IMG/VR virus record: IMGVR_UViG_3300029891_000001
Span: 32,001 to 96,000 of that record
Length of the DNA stretch: 64,000 nucleotides
Source of the DNA: a virus
Direction: 5' to 3' (one strand)
Position 1 is the stretch's first letter. Every line of letters starts with the position of its first letter. Of the stretch, positions 48,235 to 57,868 are shown piece by piece. A program made the translations under genes and the position numbers. The notes beneath the pieces were generated by a model. The model ran no database searches and was not told the origin of the DNA. It saw nothing but the letters and a program-made list of their open reading frames with translations.

Positions 48235-49473
48235 TGTTTCTTCTCCTTTTTCTTCAATATAATCATTCAAATTAATTTCATATTTTGCAGCCGCTTCTGA
48301 AAGTCGTTGCAAGATATATACTTGTTCTGATTTAGAGTATTCTTTTAGTTCTTCATTAAAAACTATTTTAGCACTATCAATTAAATTAACTTCATTATTT
48401 ATCGGAAAACCCCTATTAACATCATCAGCAAATTCTTCATTAGGAATAACATCAGATTCAGAAGTTCCACATATTTCGTCCCTATATCTAATAGGAATGT
48501 CTATTTTTTGCATACTAAATTCTCCCGCAGAAGCTACAAATAACTTATAGTCTTCTATTTTAATATAATACGGTAAAAGTATTACAAAACTTTGGTTTTT
48601 TGCAATTGCTAATCCTTTTGCGCTAGGATCTGCCGGTTTCTTAACTTTAGCAGCCCCAATAAAATTGCTTCCTATAAATTCTCTAAACGTACCATAATAT
48701 TCGCTTCCAACTTGTCTTCGTTCTAATAAATGATCACAATATTCGAATGAAGTGTTAAAAATTTCATTACAATTAGAACATCGAGATTGTTTAAATTGAT
48801 TCTCCATAGAAAAAGACAAAATACCTTCTTCATATTCTTTTCTAATTTCTCTCGCTTCTTTGGGATGTTTTTCTTGCCAGATAACCCCTTTACATATTAT
48901 AAAATTCTTTTCTAAAGTTTCCCCGAAACTTTTATAAAAATCTTTTTCTTCATCTTTCAAAGAAGCAACTTCTACATATTTACTGTCATAAATAACACCT
49001 ATATTTTTTATAGTATGTTCCATATTAATCGGTTTATTAATAGCAGTATTGGCATTTTCTTTTATTTCTTTATCAGTAAAATAATCATAATTTTTATTTC
49101 CACCTTCATGACACAATATAAAATCTACATACATTAAATCAGAATTAGAATGTTCTCTAGCAATAGCTCTTCCTTTTTCATTATCTGGAGAATCATATAA
49201 TTTTATAGATGCTACTTCAATAAATTCCCCTCTACCACCATTAAGTTTAGCATGATATTTTCTATGGCAGCTGCGACACACTACTTTCAAACCCTTACCA
49301 GATCTTAAATCTTTTCTATTATTAGAAGTATGATGAAGATCAAAAGGGCCTTTAGTTGAGCCACAAACTGAACATTTTTTGGGCAACTTTTTATATTTTT
49401 TATTGCCGGAATATTTAGAATCAAGCGAGTGCCGGTTATGGTAGGTATCACCAGATATAGATAAATTTCCCAT
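47635..49473 (-). CDS. HNH-like domain + prohead protease + scaffold fusion
   Basis: N-terminal CSVC..DLHH..CRSCH..H; protease-like NKNYDYF, KPINMEH, IGVI, FSME, FIGAA.V..PADP; C-terminal charged coiled coil. Confidence 0.75.
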   Translation of the reverse strand: MGNLSISGDTYHNRHSLDSKYSGNKKYKKLPKKCSVCGSTKGPFDLHHTSNNRKDLRSGKGLKVVCRSCHRKYHAKLNGGRGEFIEVASIKLYDSPDNEKGRAIAREHSNSDLMYVDFILCHEGGNKNYDYFTDKEIKENANTAINKPINMEHTIKNIGVIYDSKYVEVASLKDEEKDFYKSFGETLEKNFIICKGVIWQEKHPKEAREIRKEYEEGILSFSMENQFKQSRCSNCNEIFNTSFEYCDHLLERRQVGSEYYGTFREFIGSNFIGAAKVKKPADPSAKGLAIAKNQSFVILLPYYIKIEDYKLFVASAGEFSMQKIDIPIRYRDEICGTSESDVIPNEEFADDVNRGFPINNEVNLIDSAKIVFNEELKEYSKSEQVYILQRLSEAAAKYEINLNDYIEEKGEETMTQEVYKTKEEFDKALATEIDKVKNGDKIKESETTIASLKEEIKNIKEDNTKISKEKEAVAKELEDYKKNIEAEKNAEARYSELSNAGLTFDGDELIKIKQTIKEMSDEAFASFKSVLVKAKEIGEAKFLSKEEIKKEEEKKKLAEDKKKSTDKKVDKKDDSKADIVDESKKDNEAVANLIENEETEDKFAIIDTILSK

Positions 49474-49486
49474 TATATTTCCTTAT

Positions 49487-49774
49487 CTATTTAATTCCAA
49501 AATATTTCTTCAACCACTTTAAAGCAGATAATTTATCATATTTTGATTTATCAAACATATATACACTATAAGATATATATGTACTTTGTTCTTGAGAAAA
49601 ACTTTTTGATACTATACCCTCTTCAAGAGAATTAACATTAGATGAATTTCTAATATTAGAACTCTTATTTGGTGAAAAAGCTTTTATATAAACAAAATTA
49701 TCATCTTCTTCAGTCTCAAATGTTGGAACAGAAGAAGTAGATAAATTAAAAGCACTAGCCAATGATTTATTCAT
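49487..49774 (-). CDS. Hypothetical head-module protein
   Basis: GGAG SD; FDKSKY...ALKWLKKY. Confidence 0.6.
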   Translation of the reverse strand: MNKSLASAFNLSTSSVPTFETEEDDNFVYIKAFSPNKSSNIRNSSNVNSLEEGIVSKSFSQEQSTYISYSVYMFDKSKYDKLSALKWLKKYFGIK

Positions 49775-49785
49775 ATAATCTCCAA

Positions 49786-50175
49786 TTAATATTCTATATG
49801 TTGTTCTAACGAAACTTTAAGATCACTAATTCCACCACAACTAGCTACACGATAAGTAATACTGGTATAATTTGGGAAAGCTGTTTGATATATTAGATCA
49901 TTATAAGAAGTAGAATATCTAAGTTTTTGTTTATCATACCAATGATCTCCATCATAAGATCCTAATATATCAATTTCTACTACAGCCCCAGTTATCGCAG
50001 TAGAAAAATGCCCAACATCTATATACCAATACCCATCTTTAACTATTGAAGTATTCCAACTATTACCTCTAACATCTGCCGCCGCAACACTATCAATTCT
50101 TCCTGTACCTTGATGGGTAATCGTAATATCGCTATGTGGAATTAAAGCATTATATATTTCTTTGCCATATCCCAT
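49786..50175 (-). CDS. Hypothetical beta-sandwich virion protein
   Basis: GAGG SD; IDILGSYDGDHWY. Confidence 0.6.
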   Translation of the reverse strand: MGYGKEIYNALIPHSDITITHQGTGRIDSVAAADVRGNSWNTSIVKDGYWYIDVGHFSTAITGAVVEIDILGSYDGDHWYDKQKLRYSTSYNDLIYQTAFPNYTSITYRVASCGGISDLKVSLEQHIEY

Positions 50176-50183
50176 AATATCCT

Positions 50184-50594
50184 CTATTTCTTATTTTTAT
50201 TGCCATATATAAAACCAACACCTAAACCACCAAACAAACAAGACAAAGCAGATCCTAATAAAGCAAATAGTATTTTGTCTAATGTACTTCTTAAATATTC
50301 GACACTTTTAATTAGAGAATCAATAGACTTAGTATTTTCAGCTATTTTAACACAAAGATCTTCTTTGTCTTTAAGTATCTCATCAATATATGCTTTTAGT
50401 TCTTTTCTTTCTTCTTTGGTGTCATTTTTATAATTTACAAATTCATCTTTAGTAATTATATCTTTTACTGATACCTCAGAAATTGTTTTCTGATCTTCAA
50501 ATTGGCTTATAATATGTTGCGAATAAATAGGAAAAGCAAATAAACCTAAAGATATAAAAAAATAACTAATATAAAAAGTAATTTTATTCATCAT
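50184..50594 (-). CDS. Membrane protein: signal peptide/TM + coiled coil + C-terminal TM (holin/spanin-like candidate)
   Basis: Hydrophobic N-terminus ending PIYSQ; coiled coil; ILFALLGSALSCLFGGLGVGFIY; basic tail. Confidence 0.55.
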   Translation of the reverse strand: MMNKITFYISYFFISLGLFAFPIYSQHIISQFEDQKTISEVSVKDIITKDEFVNYKNDTKEERKELKAYIDEILKDKEDLCVKIAENTKSIDSLIKSVEYLRSTLDKILFALLGSALSCLFGGLGVGFIYGNKNKK

Positions 50595-50856
50595 CTTCCT
50601 TTTCTAAATTCCATTGATTATGATTCTCTAAACTACCGAATATCTCAATCTGTTCATTAAGAATTTGAGTTTCAGTTTCATCTAAATCTATTTCTTTAAT
50701 ATCGGCATGTTCAACTGGTTTACCATGTTTCTTGTAATACCAAATAGAAGCCATTTTTTTACATTCTGCTATTTCTTTTTCAGATATTTCACCACTATTT
50801 TTTTTCTTTTTTCTATTAATACAGCTATCTCTAACTGCTAAATAATCTGCTGGCAT
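50584..50856 (-). CDS. Small hypothetical protein after the portal gene
   Basis: MPADY..RDSC...ECKKMASIWY; starts 2 nt after the portal stop. Confidence 0.6.
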   Translation of the reverse strand: MPADYLAVRDSCINRKKKKNSGEISEKEIAECKKMASIWYYKKHGKPVEHADIKEIDLDETETQILNEQIEIFGSLENHNQWNLEKEDDE

Positions 50857-50858
50857 TT

Positions 50859-52490
50859 TTAACCCTCTGGCTTTTTAGGTTCAACTGGTCTTTTCTTCTT
50901 CTCTTCTTTAAGATTAACGGTTTTTACTGGTTTATCTTGAGATTTTTTTATATTATTTTTTGTCATTTTAGGATCTTCATCAGAAGGACGATTTTTATCA
51001 GTTTCTTGGTTGTTCCCACTAAATGGTAAATTGGGAGGAAAAAACAAATCAGAAATTTCTTTTTCTTTTTCTTTTTTAGAAATTTCACCTTCAAGATTAT
51101 ACCCAGATTCATTTAACGCAGTTCCAATAGATATAAGACCCCTATCATAAAAAGCTAATATTAAATTCTTAATAGAACTTTCTTCTTTAAGATTCATTCT
51201 GTCCCATTTAATTTTTATTCTTTTATTAGAAAACCCATTATTCTCAGCTATTTGTTTGCAAATCTTTTCTAACCATATAGAAGTTATTTGTCTCCAGTTA
51301 GATAATCTTTCTATCAAAGAGAGAATAGAAACCCAAGCATCACCTTGCTGATTTAAAGAAATCAAAACAGGAGGGAGACCTAACCCTATGATTAAATCTT
51401 CTTTAGCTTGCTTATACTTATCTTTATATTGTAATACTTTCCCGTCTGGGCCGACTTGAAGAACATCTACATCATGTGCCCAAACTAAAGTTGTAGTAGC
51501 TTTAGGGTTTCTTATTAAATTAGCAAATGCTGTAAGTCTTTGTTTATTAGCTGGATGCTCTTCAGTTCCAACCCTAAAAATAGTAATTAAATTCAATAAA
51601 CCACTGCTGATAGATTCATCTACTTGTCTTAATCTCTCTAATAAAGCAGAAGACCCTAAACATCTCGCTAAATATGGAATACCCCAAGCATGATATCCTT
51701 TAACTTTTCTTTTCAAATGAGATATAAATTTAGGATTTAATCTAATACCACTATTCCAATTATAGTTTCTTTTTTTAATAGCTTCCATGAACCCACGAGG
51801 AATAGCTTTTTTTAATAATGCTGCTTCTGGGTCTGATCTACCATCAGTTTGTAATTTGCTCAATAAAGTAGCATCTGGCCTCAAATAAATAACTTCTTGG
51901 CCGAAAGCAATTGGTTCAGTTGGTATCTCAATACTTTGTGGATTAATCAAATTAATAGAAACAGGCATTTTCCAACTTCCATCTAATTTACCAACTTCTA
52001 TTTCTTCCCATTTCACATATGGGAAAGAATTACCAGAAGTAAACCATTCTAAAGCCAATTCTTGCATTAATGGATAAACACCAGGAACAGTATTGGAATT
52101 GTCTTTATTTAAATTGACAAAAAACCATTCTAATAAATTGTTAAGTTTTTCATCTCCAGTATCTTCAGCCCTCAAACTAGTAACTGCAAAATCGACCAAG
52201 ACATCAACAGCACTCCCAACAATAGGATTAAATTTGTATAATTTCCAACATACTTTCATTTGAGAATATATGTTGTTATACATATCGTCATATTCTCTTA
52301 AACTATCAATATAACTAAGTGGAATTTTAATACTAGTTGGGACTTTAACCCCTATGCCAAGATTCTTGCCGCCGATATTTATTTCTTCAAGTTCGTTATC
52401 TTCTTCACTAAAAATATCATCGCTATCTTCTGACGCCATTCCATCAGACATAACAATTATCTGACCATTAGACTTAGTTTCTTCTGACAT
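50859..52490 (-). CDS. Portal protein
   Basis: Directly after the large terminase; YKFNPIVGSAVD, EWFTSGN, LINPQSIEI, HLKRK...WGIP, TIFRVG. Confidence 0.85.
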   Translation of the reverse strand: MSEETKSNGQIIVMSDGMASEDSDDIFSEEDNELEEINIGGKNLGIGVKVPTSIKIPLSYIDSLREYDDMYNNIYSQMKVCWKLYKFNPIVGSAVDVLVDFAVTSLRAEDTGDEKLNNLLEWFFVNLNKDNSNTVPGVYPLMQELALEWFTSGNSFPYVKWEEIEVGKLDGSWKMPVSINLINPQSIEIPTEPIAFGQEVIYLRPDATLLSKLQTDGRSDPEAALLKKAIPRGFMEAIKKRNYNWNSGIRLNPKFISHLKRKVKGYHAWGIPYLARCLGSSALLERLRQVDESISSGLLNLITIFRVGTEEHPANKQRLTAFANLIRNPKATTTLVWAHDVDVLQVGPDGKVLQYKDKYKQAKEDLIIGLGLPPVLISLNQQGDAWVSILSLIERLSNWRQITSIWLEKICKQIAENNGFSNKRIKIKWDRMNLKEESSIKNLILAFYDRGLISIGTALNESGYNLEGEISKKEKEKEISDLFFPPNLPFSGNNQETDKNRPSDEDPKMTKNNIKKSQDKPVKTVNLKEEKKKRPVEPKKPEG

Positions 52491-52502
52491 TTTATACCTC
52501 TT

Positions 52503-54068
52503 TTATACCCAAAAGCCAATACCAAGATTACTAGAAAAAGTTTTAGTTTCTCCAGTAACGAATTCATTCGCTGCTTGATTAGCTAAAGCTAAAGAAGTAG
52601 CTCTATCTTTTTTAAATTGTGCAGGAACATCGAAATGATAATGATTTCCCTTTTTCTCTGCTTGTAATACTAACAATTCTCTTTTTGTTTGAATTATCTC
52701 TTGCCCTGATTTTTCTAATTCTTTATCACTACTTCTTCTTAAATCAATAGGCAATAATAAATTAGTTTGCTGAAAATCAGCTTTTAATCTCATATATAAA
52801 TCATTAACTACTGGAGCCGTAAATTTAATTAATTTCAAAATTGGAATAGCTCCCACTGGTATCTCTTTTTCTTCCATATCATAAATGGGGGGATAAATAT
52901 GGCCTTCTCTATCTTGATATTTTTCAGCAAGTAAATCTTTTAATGTCATTCCACCACCACCAGCATCTATGTTTATCTGAACTATTTTTTTATATCTTTT
53001 CAATGTTTCTCTAATTAAACGAATCATTTTTTGATATGAAGCACCATTTAAAGTCAAATTATTAACAAATCTCTTTTTATTACCATCTATTTTAATAACT
53101 GACAAAGAAAAATTATCCCCTCCAGCTACCCTGGCAGCATCAATCCCAATTGTATAAATAGATCCTTCTTCTCCATATACTTCTATAGGAGAGTCAGTCT
53201 GTGTTTCATTATTTCTAGGAGTACATCTATCTAAAAGTTGTGCGCTAAAAAATCCAACATTTTCTAATGGAAATACTCCCTTATTCTCCATTAGATAAAG
53301 TTCTTCAGTTGTATCCATTCGCATCATTTCATATATTTCTTTATCTAATTCAAATGGAGGATCTTTAACTATTAAAACATCTTCGTCTATATATTCATGA
53401 ACTGCATAAAGATCTGGTTTTCTTTTCATCATATAATGATATAAAACATATTGAGTATAAAAATGATTCCAAGTATAATAAGCAGTAGAAGACATAATAT
53501 ATTTATTTTCAAATCCAGCTCTTTTTATATTCATCATGGGACGAACTACTGTCTTAATGATTATTTCATCTACTACTGCATATTCATCTACCCAAATAAT
53601 ATGATATCTTCTTCCTCTTATTTTCTGCCCAGTTCCAAGAGGTAAACCCTCTATAAAACTTCCATTTTTGAATTTTAAAGCAGCTTTAAATGTAGCTCTA
53701 AATGGTTTTTTAACACATGCAGCTCTCATATATGGAGAACTTTCATATAGTTCGTCTATTTTATCAAAAAAGAATTCTGTCTGTTTGAAAGACGGAGTAA
53801 TAATACCTATAGCTACACCTGGATATAATAATGCATATAAAACACAAAAAAGACTTCCCATCCAAGTTTTACCTATCCCTCTTCCCAATAATAAAAGAAT
53901 ATATTTATGTTTAAATAGAGATCTTAATATAATTCTCTGAAACCAAATTAGATCTATATTAAATAACTCCTTAACAGCAATAACTGGATATCTTCTATAA
54001 AATAATATTAGCTTTTCTGACAAATTAAGAGTAGATTTTTCTTTTTTAGTTAATCTAATTTTAACCAT
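52503..54068 (-). CDS. Terminase large subunit
   Basis: Walker A GRGIGKT, IRGRR, Walker B IIWVDE, SSTA, RNase H-like GIDAAR, IDAGGGG, KKDRATS. Confidence 0.92.
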   Translation of the reverse strand: MVKIRLTKKEKSTLNLSEKLILFYRRYPVIAVKELFNIDLIWFQRIILRSLFKHKYILLLLGRGIGKTWMGSLFCVLYALLYPGVAIGIITPSFKQTEFFFDKIDELYESSPYMRAACVKKPFRATFKAALKFKNGSFIEGLPLGTGQKIRGRRYHIIWVDEYAVVDEIIIKTVVRPMMNIKRAGFENKYIMSSTAYYTWNHFYTQYVLYHYMMKRKPDLYAVHEYIDEDVLIVKDPPFELDKEIYEMMRMDTTEELYLMENKGVFPLENVGFFSAQLLDRCTPRNNETQTDSPIEVYGEEGSIYTIGIDAARVAGGDNFSLSVIKIDGNKKRFVNNLTLNGASYQKMIRLIRETLKRYKKIVQINIDAGGGGMTLKDLLAEKYQDREGHIYPPIYDMEEKEIPVGAIPILKLIKFTAPVVNDLYMRLKADFQQTNLLLPIDLRRSSDKELEKSGQEIIQTKRELLVLQAEKKGNHYHFDVPAQFKKDRATSLALANQAANEFVTGETKTFSSNLGIGFWV

Positions 54069-54940
54069 TATATTGATTCTCCAACTGGGAATTCTTTCTT
54101 CTTATTAAGCAATCTTTTTTGTTCTTTAGCAACTTCTTCTACTTTTGTTTTTTCTTCTGGCGCATCTGTACTATATACTATACCCTCTCCACTTTTAACC
54201 ATAGCTTCTACTTTGTCTTCTGGTGGGAGAATATTGTAAGGTGGTTTCTGTGCTTTTAAATTTGAATATAATAATTCTTCAGATTCGTTAATATTTTCTA
54301 TGTCTTTTATATTTTTAAGTTTTTCATCTAAACTAATAGATAAAGTAGCTATATTCCCATCCATCTTATCTATTATATCAGCTCTTTGTTCTCTAGTAAT
54401 CCCAAGTTTAATCTGAAGCTGTGATAGTCTTTCTAAACTTTTACTTAATTGAATATTATAATCTCTTGAAGGATTTTGAAGTTGATTTTTAAACAATCTT
54501 CTTTGCAAAAGTTCTTCAAATAATAGTTGATTTAATAATGGAATATCTGAACTTTCGTTAAAATCAAATTCACTTCTATATATTTTTTCTCTTCCTTTCC
54601 ACCAGTTTTTTTCATATTTTCTAAGATATCTAAATATAAAACCTTCGCCTATTTCTGTTTCTTCGTCTTCTTCTTTAACTTTTAAAAATTTATCTGGAAC
54701 TGTTTTAATCTTTGGTTTTAAGTTTTCATGTGATTTCCATTGAAACCCAGATTTTATTCTTATTCTAGTATCTAAAGAAATTGGGGCATTAACCCACCCC
54801 TGTTGAGATTCTAAAAATACTTCTTCTATCTTGTCTTTAGCTTCTTCTTCTGTAAGTTCTTTACTTTCAATAAAATACTTAAATAAAGGAGAATAGTATT
54901 TTTCTCTATCTTTTGGAGTCATTATAATCTTTTTAACCAT
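54068..54940 (-). CDS. Putative terminase small subunit
   Basis: Directly upstream of and coupled to the large terminase; helical with LGITREQR. Confidence 0.45.
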   Translation of the reverse strand: MVKKIIMTPKDREKYYSPLFKYFIESKELTEEEAKDKIEEVFLESQQGWVNAPISLDTRIRIKSGFQWKSHENLKPKIKTVPDKFLKVKEEDEETEIGEGFIFRYLRKYEKNWWKGREKIYRSEFDFNESSDIPLLNQLLFEELLQRRLFKNQLQNPSRDYNIQLSKSLERLSQLQIKLGITREQRADIIDKMDGNIATLSISLDEKLKNIKDIENINESEELLYSNLKAQKPPYNILPPEDKVEAMVKSGEGIVYSTDAPEEKTKVEEVAKEQKRLLNKKKEFPVGESI

Positions 54941-55003
54941 TAAAAAATACCACCTTTCTGTAACAAAAGACGGTATTTATATAAAAAAATGTTTAAATTT
55001 ACA

Positions 55004-55513
55004 TCAATTTGTATCTTTTAAGGTAATATTGTCAATTATGAATCTAATATCTTTAAGATTTTTCAAAAAAGTAGCATATTTCATACCAACAATATTAGCG
55101 ATATTCTTATAATTATTTAAATGCCCCAGATATAGAATAGAATAAAATACTACTTTCTGCTTTATACTCAAATTATAAACAATTTTTTCTATTAAAGAAT
55201 CCATATTGTCTTTATAGTAAATATTTCTTATCCAAGAAAAATCAGAAACACAAACCATAGATCTTTCAAACTGCTCTTGTTTCTTCGTATCGAAAATAGC
55301 CCTTCTAAATCCAGCCTTTAAGATAGTCTTTATAAATAAATCTATATCAATACTACCATCGTATTTTTTAAGATATGAGTATAAAAAAATTCTAACTTCT
55401 TGAGCTATGTCTTCAGCATAGTCTCTATTAATCATTTTAGCCCGGTAGTTTATCCAATTATCATATCTCTTATATATATCTTTATAAAATTTTTCATCTT
55501 TAATAATTTCCAT
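55004..55513 (-). CDS. Sigma-70/ECF-like phage sigma factor
   Basis: AEDIAQEV..L...KKYD (region 2); LSIKQKVVF...YKNIANIVGM (region 4 HTH). Confidence 0.7.
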   Translation of the reverse strand: MEIIKDEKFYKDIYKRYDNWINYRAKMINRDYAEDIAQEVRIFLYSYLKKYDGSIDIDLFIKTILKAGFRRAIFDTKKQEQFERSMVCVSDFSWIRNIYYKDNMDSLIEKIVYNLSIKQKVVFYSILYLGHLNNYKNIANIVGMKYATFLKNLKDIRFIIDNITLKDTN

Positions 55514-56610
55514 TATTCTTCTAAACCGAAAAAGAATTGTACAACATTCGCATCAACAATATATTGGATATCTTCAGAATTATTTGTCATCCAACGAACT
55601 TCACCAACAGAATAATTTATGGCTTCTCTGAGATTCTTAGCATCAACGAATAAAGAAATAGAATCTTTAATCCCAGTAGGTTCTATATAAATAGATTCTT
55701 CTCCAATATTATTGCCATTAACTTCCATAGAAACAACTCTGTCTCCAAAAATTATCTTCACAGAGTTAGTATCTTTATCTGTCAAATACAGAATTCTGCT
55801 AAGAGATTCTAAAAACATTTCTTGATTTAAGTTAATATTAATATTAAATTTATCTTTTTTATAATTCTCAAAAATATTTTTTACATCATCGAATGGGTAT
55901 TTCAACTTAGACAAAGAAGATGCAAACATAAAATTGTTAGTTTTCCCGAATAGAATATCATTATAAACAATAAATCTAATCTCATTAGAATCTTCTATGT
56001 TCATAATACATTGATATATATTTTTGTGAATAAGACATTCTCCAATATTCTTAGAATCATATTCTATAACTGCTCCCCTGACACCATCGCAAGCGACAAT
56101 CAAATCATCTTTAAAACAAAGATGTTTTAATTCCGGCTCAAAATCATTGTTAGACAAACAATGAATAACACTCTGCATCTTATTCTTTAACTCTGATAAA
56201 TTAACAATATTACTATGTTTTACTTCATAATATCCTTCTATATCCTGAACAGAGTCTTCAAATGTCTTTCTGTCTAAAACATTTATTTTGTATTTAGATC
56301 TAGAATTTTTAATAACAAAACTATCTTCATTTAATGTTATCTTTACAACCCCGTTAAAAGATTTAATCAAATCAAAAAACATTTTAGCATACACATAACA
56401 ATAATCTCCATCTTTACTTTCTTCTATATTCGCTGTCCCAATAAAAGAAGAAGCAAAAATATTATCATTATATCCTTTAATTTCTATTCTATTATCATTT
56501 TTACATATTTTAATATATCTCAAAGGCAACTGGGCACTATTTAAATTAACAATAGGAGAAATCAAAGATATAGCCTTTTTTATTTCTCTCACATCAACTT
56601 CAAACGTCAT
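55513..56610 (-). CDS. dnaN: DNA polymerase III beta sliding clamp
   Basis: 365 aa; IVACDGVRGA (VATDGHRLA-like), KYPF, LSRI, DAKNLREAI; DnaE in the same genome. Confidence 0.8.
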   Translation of the reverse strand: MTFEVDVREIKKAISLISPIVNLNSAQLPLRYIKICKNDNRIEIKGYNDNIFASSFIGTANIEESKDGDYCYVYAKMFFDLIKSFNGVVKITLNEDSFVIKNSRSKYKINVLDRKTFEDSVQDIEGYYEVKHSNIVNLSELKNKMQSVIHCLSNNDFEPELKHLCFKDDLIVACDGVRGAVIEYDSKNIGECLIHKNIYQCIMNIEDSNEIRFIVYNDILFGKTNNFMFASSLSKLKYPFDDVKNIFENYKKDKFNININLNQEMFLESLSRILYLTDKDTNSVKIIFGDRVVSMEVNGNNIGEESIYIEPTGIKDSISLFVDAKNLREAINYSVGEVRWMTNNSEDIQYIVDANVVQFFFGLEE

Positions 56611-56941
56611 TTTCTATCTCCTCTATAAATTTATGCCATCTAAAATTTTTCATATTTTGAATTTTTCTTATATTTGTATATAAATAATATTCCCCACTTA
56701 TCCAAGTATTATTTATTTTTATTCCATCATGAACTTTTCTGTGGCAATTAAAACATAAAGTAATTAAATTTTCTAAATGATCATCTCTCCCATTAGAACC
56801 CACTAAATTAATATGATGCGTAATTAAATTTTCAATATCACCACACAAAACACATTTATAATCGTCTAATTTCTTAGCCAATTTTAAATTCTTTGGACAT
56901 ACAAAGTCCTTATCTTTAGGAAACATTATACAAAACATCAA
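56600..56941 (-). CDS. HNH endonuclease
   Basis: CVLCG..THHI..ENLITLCFNCHRKVH. Confidence 0.85.
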   Translation of the reverse strand: MMFCIMFPKDKDFVCPKNLKLAKKLDDYKCVLCGDIENLITHHINLVGSNGRDDHLENLITLCFNCHRKVHDGIKINNTWISGEYYLYTNIRKIQNMKNFRWHKFIEEIENDV

Positions 56942-57234
56942 TATAATTTTCCATGTTTCTCTGATCTTCCCCAGTTAATGGCCATTTTGTCAGATATTTC
57001 TTTTTCTAAATCAATGTCAACAGACCCAGCAATGTCAAATAGTCTAATAAAAGTATCAGCTATCTCTTCATTAAAATTCTTTCTATCCCCATTTCTGTGC
57101 GCCTCACAAGCTTCTGCTAATTCAGTAACTACTAACATAAGCTTAATTGGCATATTGTCCCAATTTGTTTCAAACTTCTTAGATTTACGCCATTTTACTA
57201 CTTCATCACAAATAGTTTTAACCCTCATTAACAA
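56938..57234 (-). CDS. MazG-like nucleotide pyrophosphohydrolase
   Basis: LMLVVTELAEACEAHR, EEIADTFIRLFD, KMAINWGR. Confidence 0.85.
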   Translation of the reverse strand: MLMRVKTICDEVVKWRKSKKFETNWDNMPIKLMLVVTELAEACEAHRNGDRKNFNEEIADTFIRLFDIAGSVDIDLEKEISDKMAINWGRSEKHGKLY

Positions 57235-57868
57235 TATCTCCTATAAACTTATCTAAATGAATTTTCAATTCTTCTAAGTTGCATGGAGGAATAACTAAAT
57301 CAAAATTATTATAATCATCTAACGCTACTTCTGATTCATGATCTAAATTAATAGTCGCCTTATTATCTGTTGGCCTACTTAATTGCTGTTCTCTATTAAC
57401 TTCTAATCTAACAACTTTAAATCCCTGTTCTTTTAATTTATCTACTTCGTTTGGAAATCTAATACCACTACAAAAAATTCCCCCCAAATATTTATGCTGG
57501 TTATAAAAATCTATTACTAAATTATCAAAACAATCTTTTAATATAATATTTTCAATTCTATTTAGATATAAATTAATCCAAAAATCAGAATGACCAAAAT
57601 ATTTATTACACCCATTTCTAACTATATCAGTACCAAAATGTTGTAAGGTTTCTCTATTTTTATTTCCAAATCCTTTCATACATAAGTCTTTTAAATCATC
57701 TGCTAGGTTCTCATGGATAAAAAAGTTACGTGAAAAACTTTTTTCTAGTCTAGAAATACAATACTTAACAGACCAATCTTTTCCACTTCTCATTTTCCCA
57801 GAAAAAGCTATTTTTACTATTTTTTTAATTGGCTTTATGATCTCATTTGTATCTTTTCCATTTTTCAT
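57218..57868 (-). CDS. Deoxynucleoside monophosphate kinase
   Basis: FSGKMRSGKD P-loop, LADDLK, RETLQHFGT, IRFPNE, HESE. Confidence 0.85.
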   Translation of the reverse strand: MKNGKDTNEIIKPIKKIVKIAFSGKMRSGKDWSVKYCISRLEKSFSRNFFIHENLADDLKDLCMKGFGNKNRETLQHFGTDIVRNGCNKYFGHSDFWINLYLNRIENIILKDCFDNLVIDFYNQHKYLGGIFCSGIRFPNEVDKLKEQGFKVVRLEVNREQQLSRPTDNKATINLDHESEVALDDYNNFDLVIPPCNLEELKIHLDKFIGDIVNEG

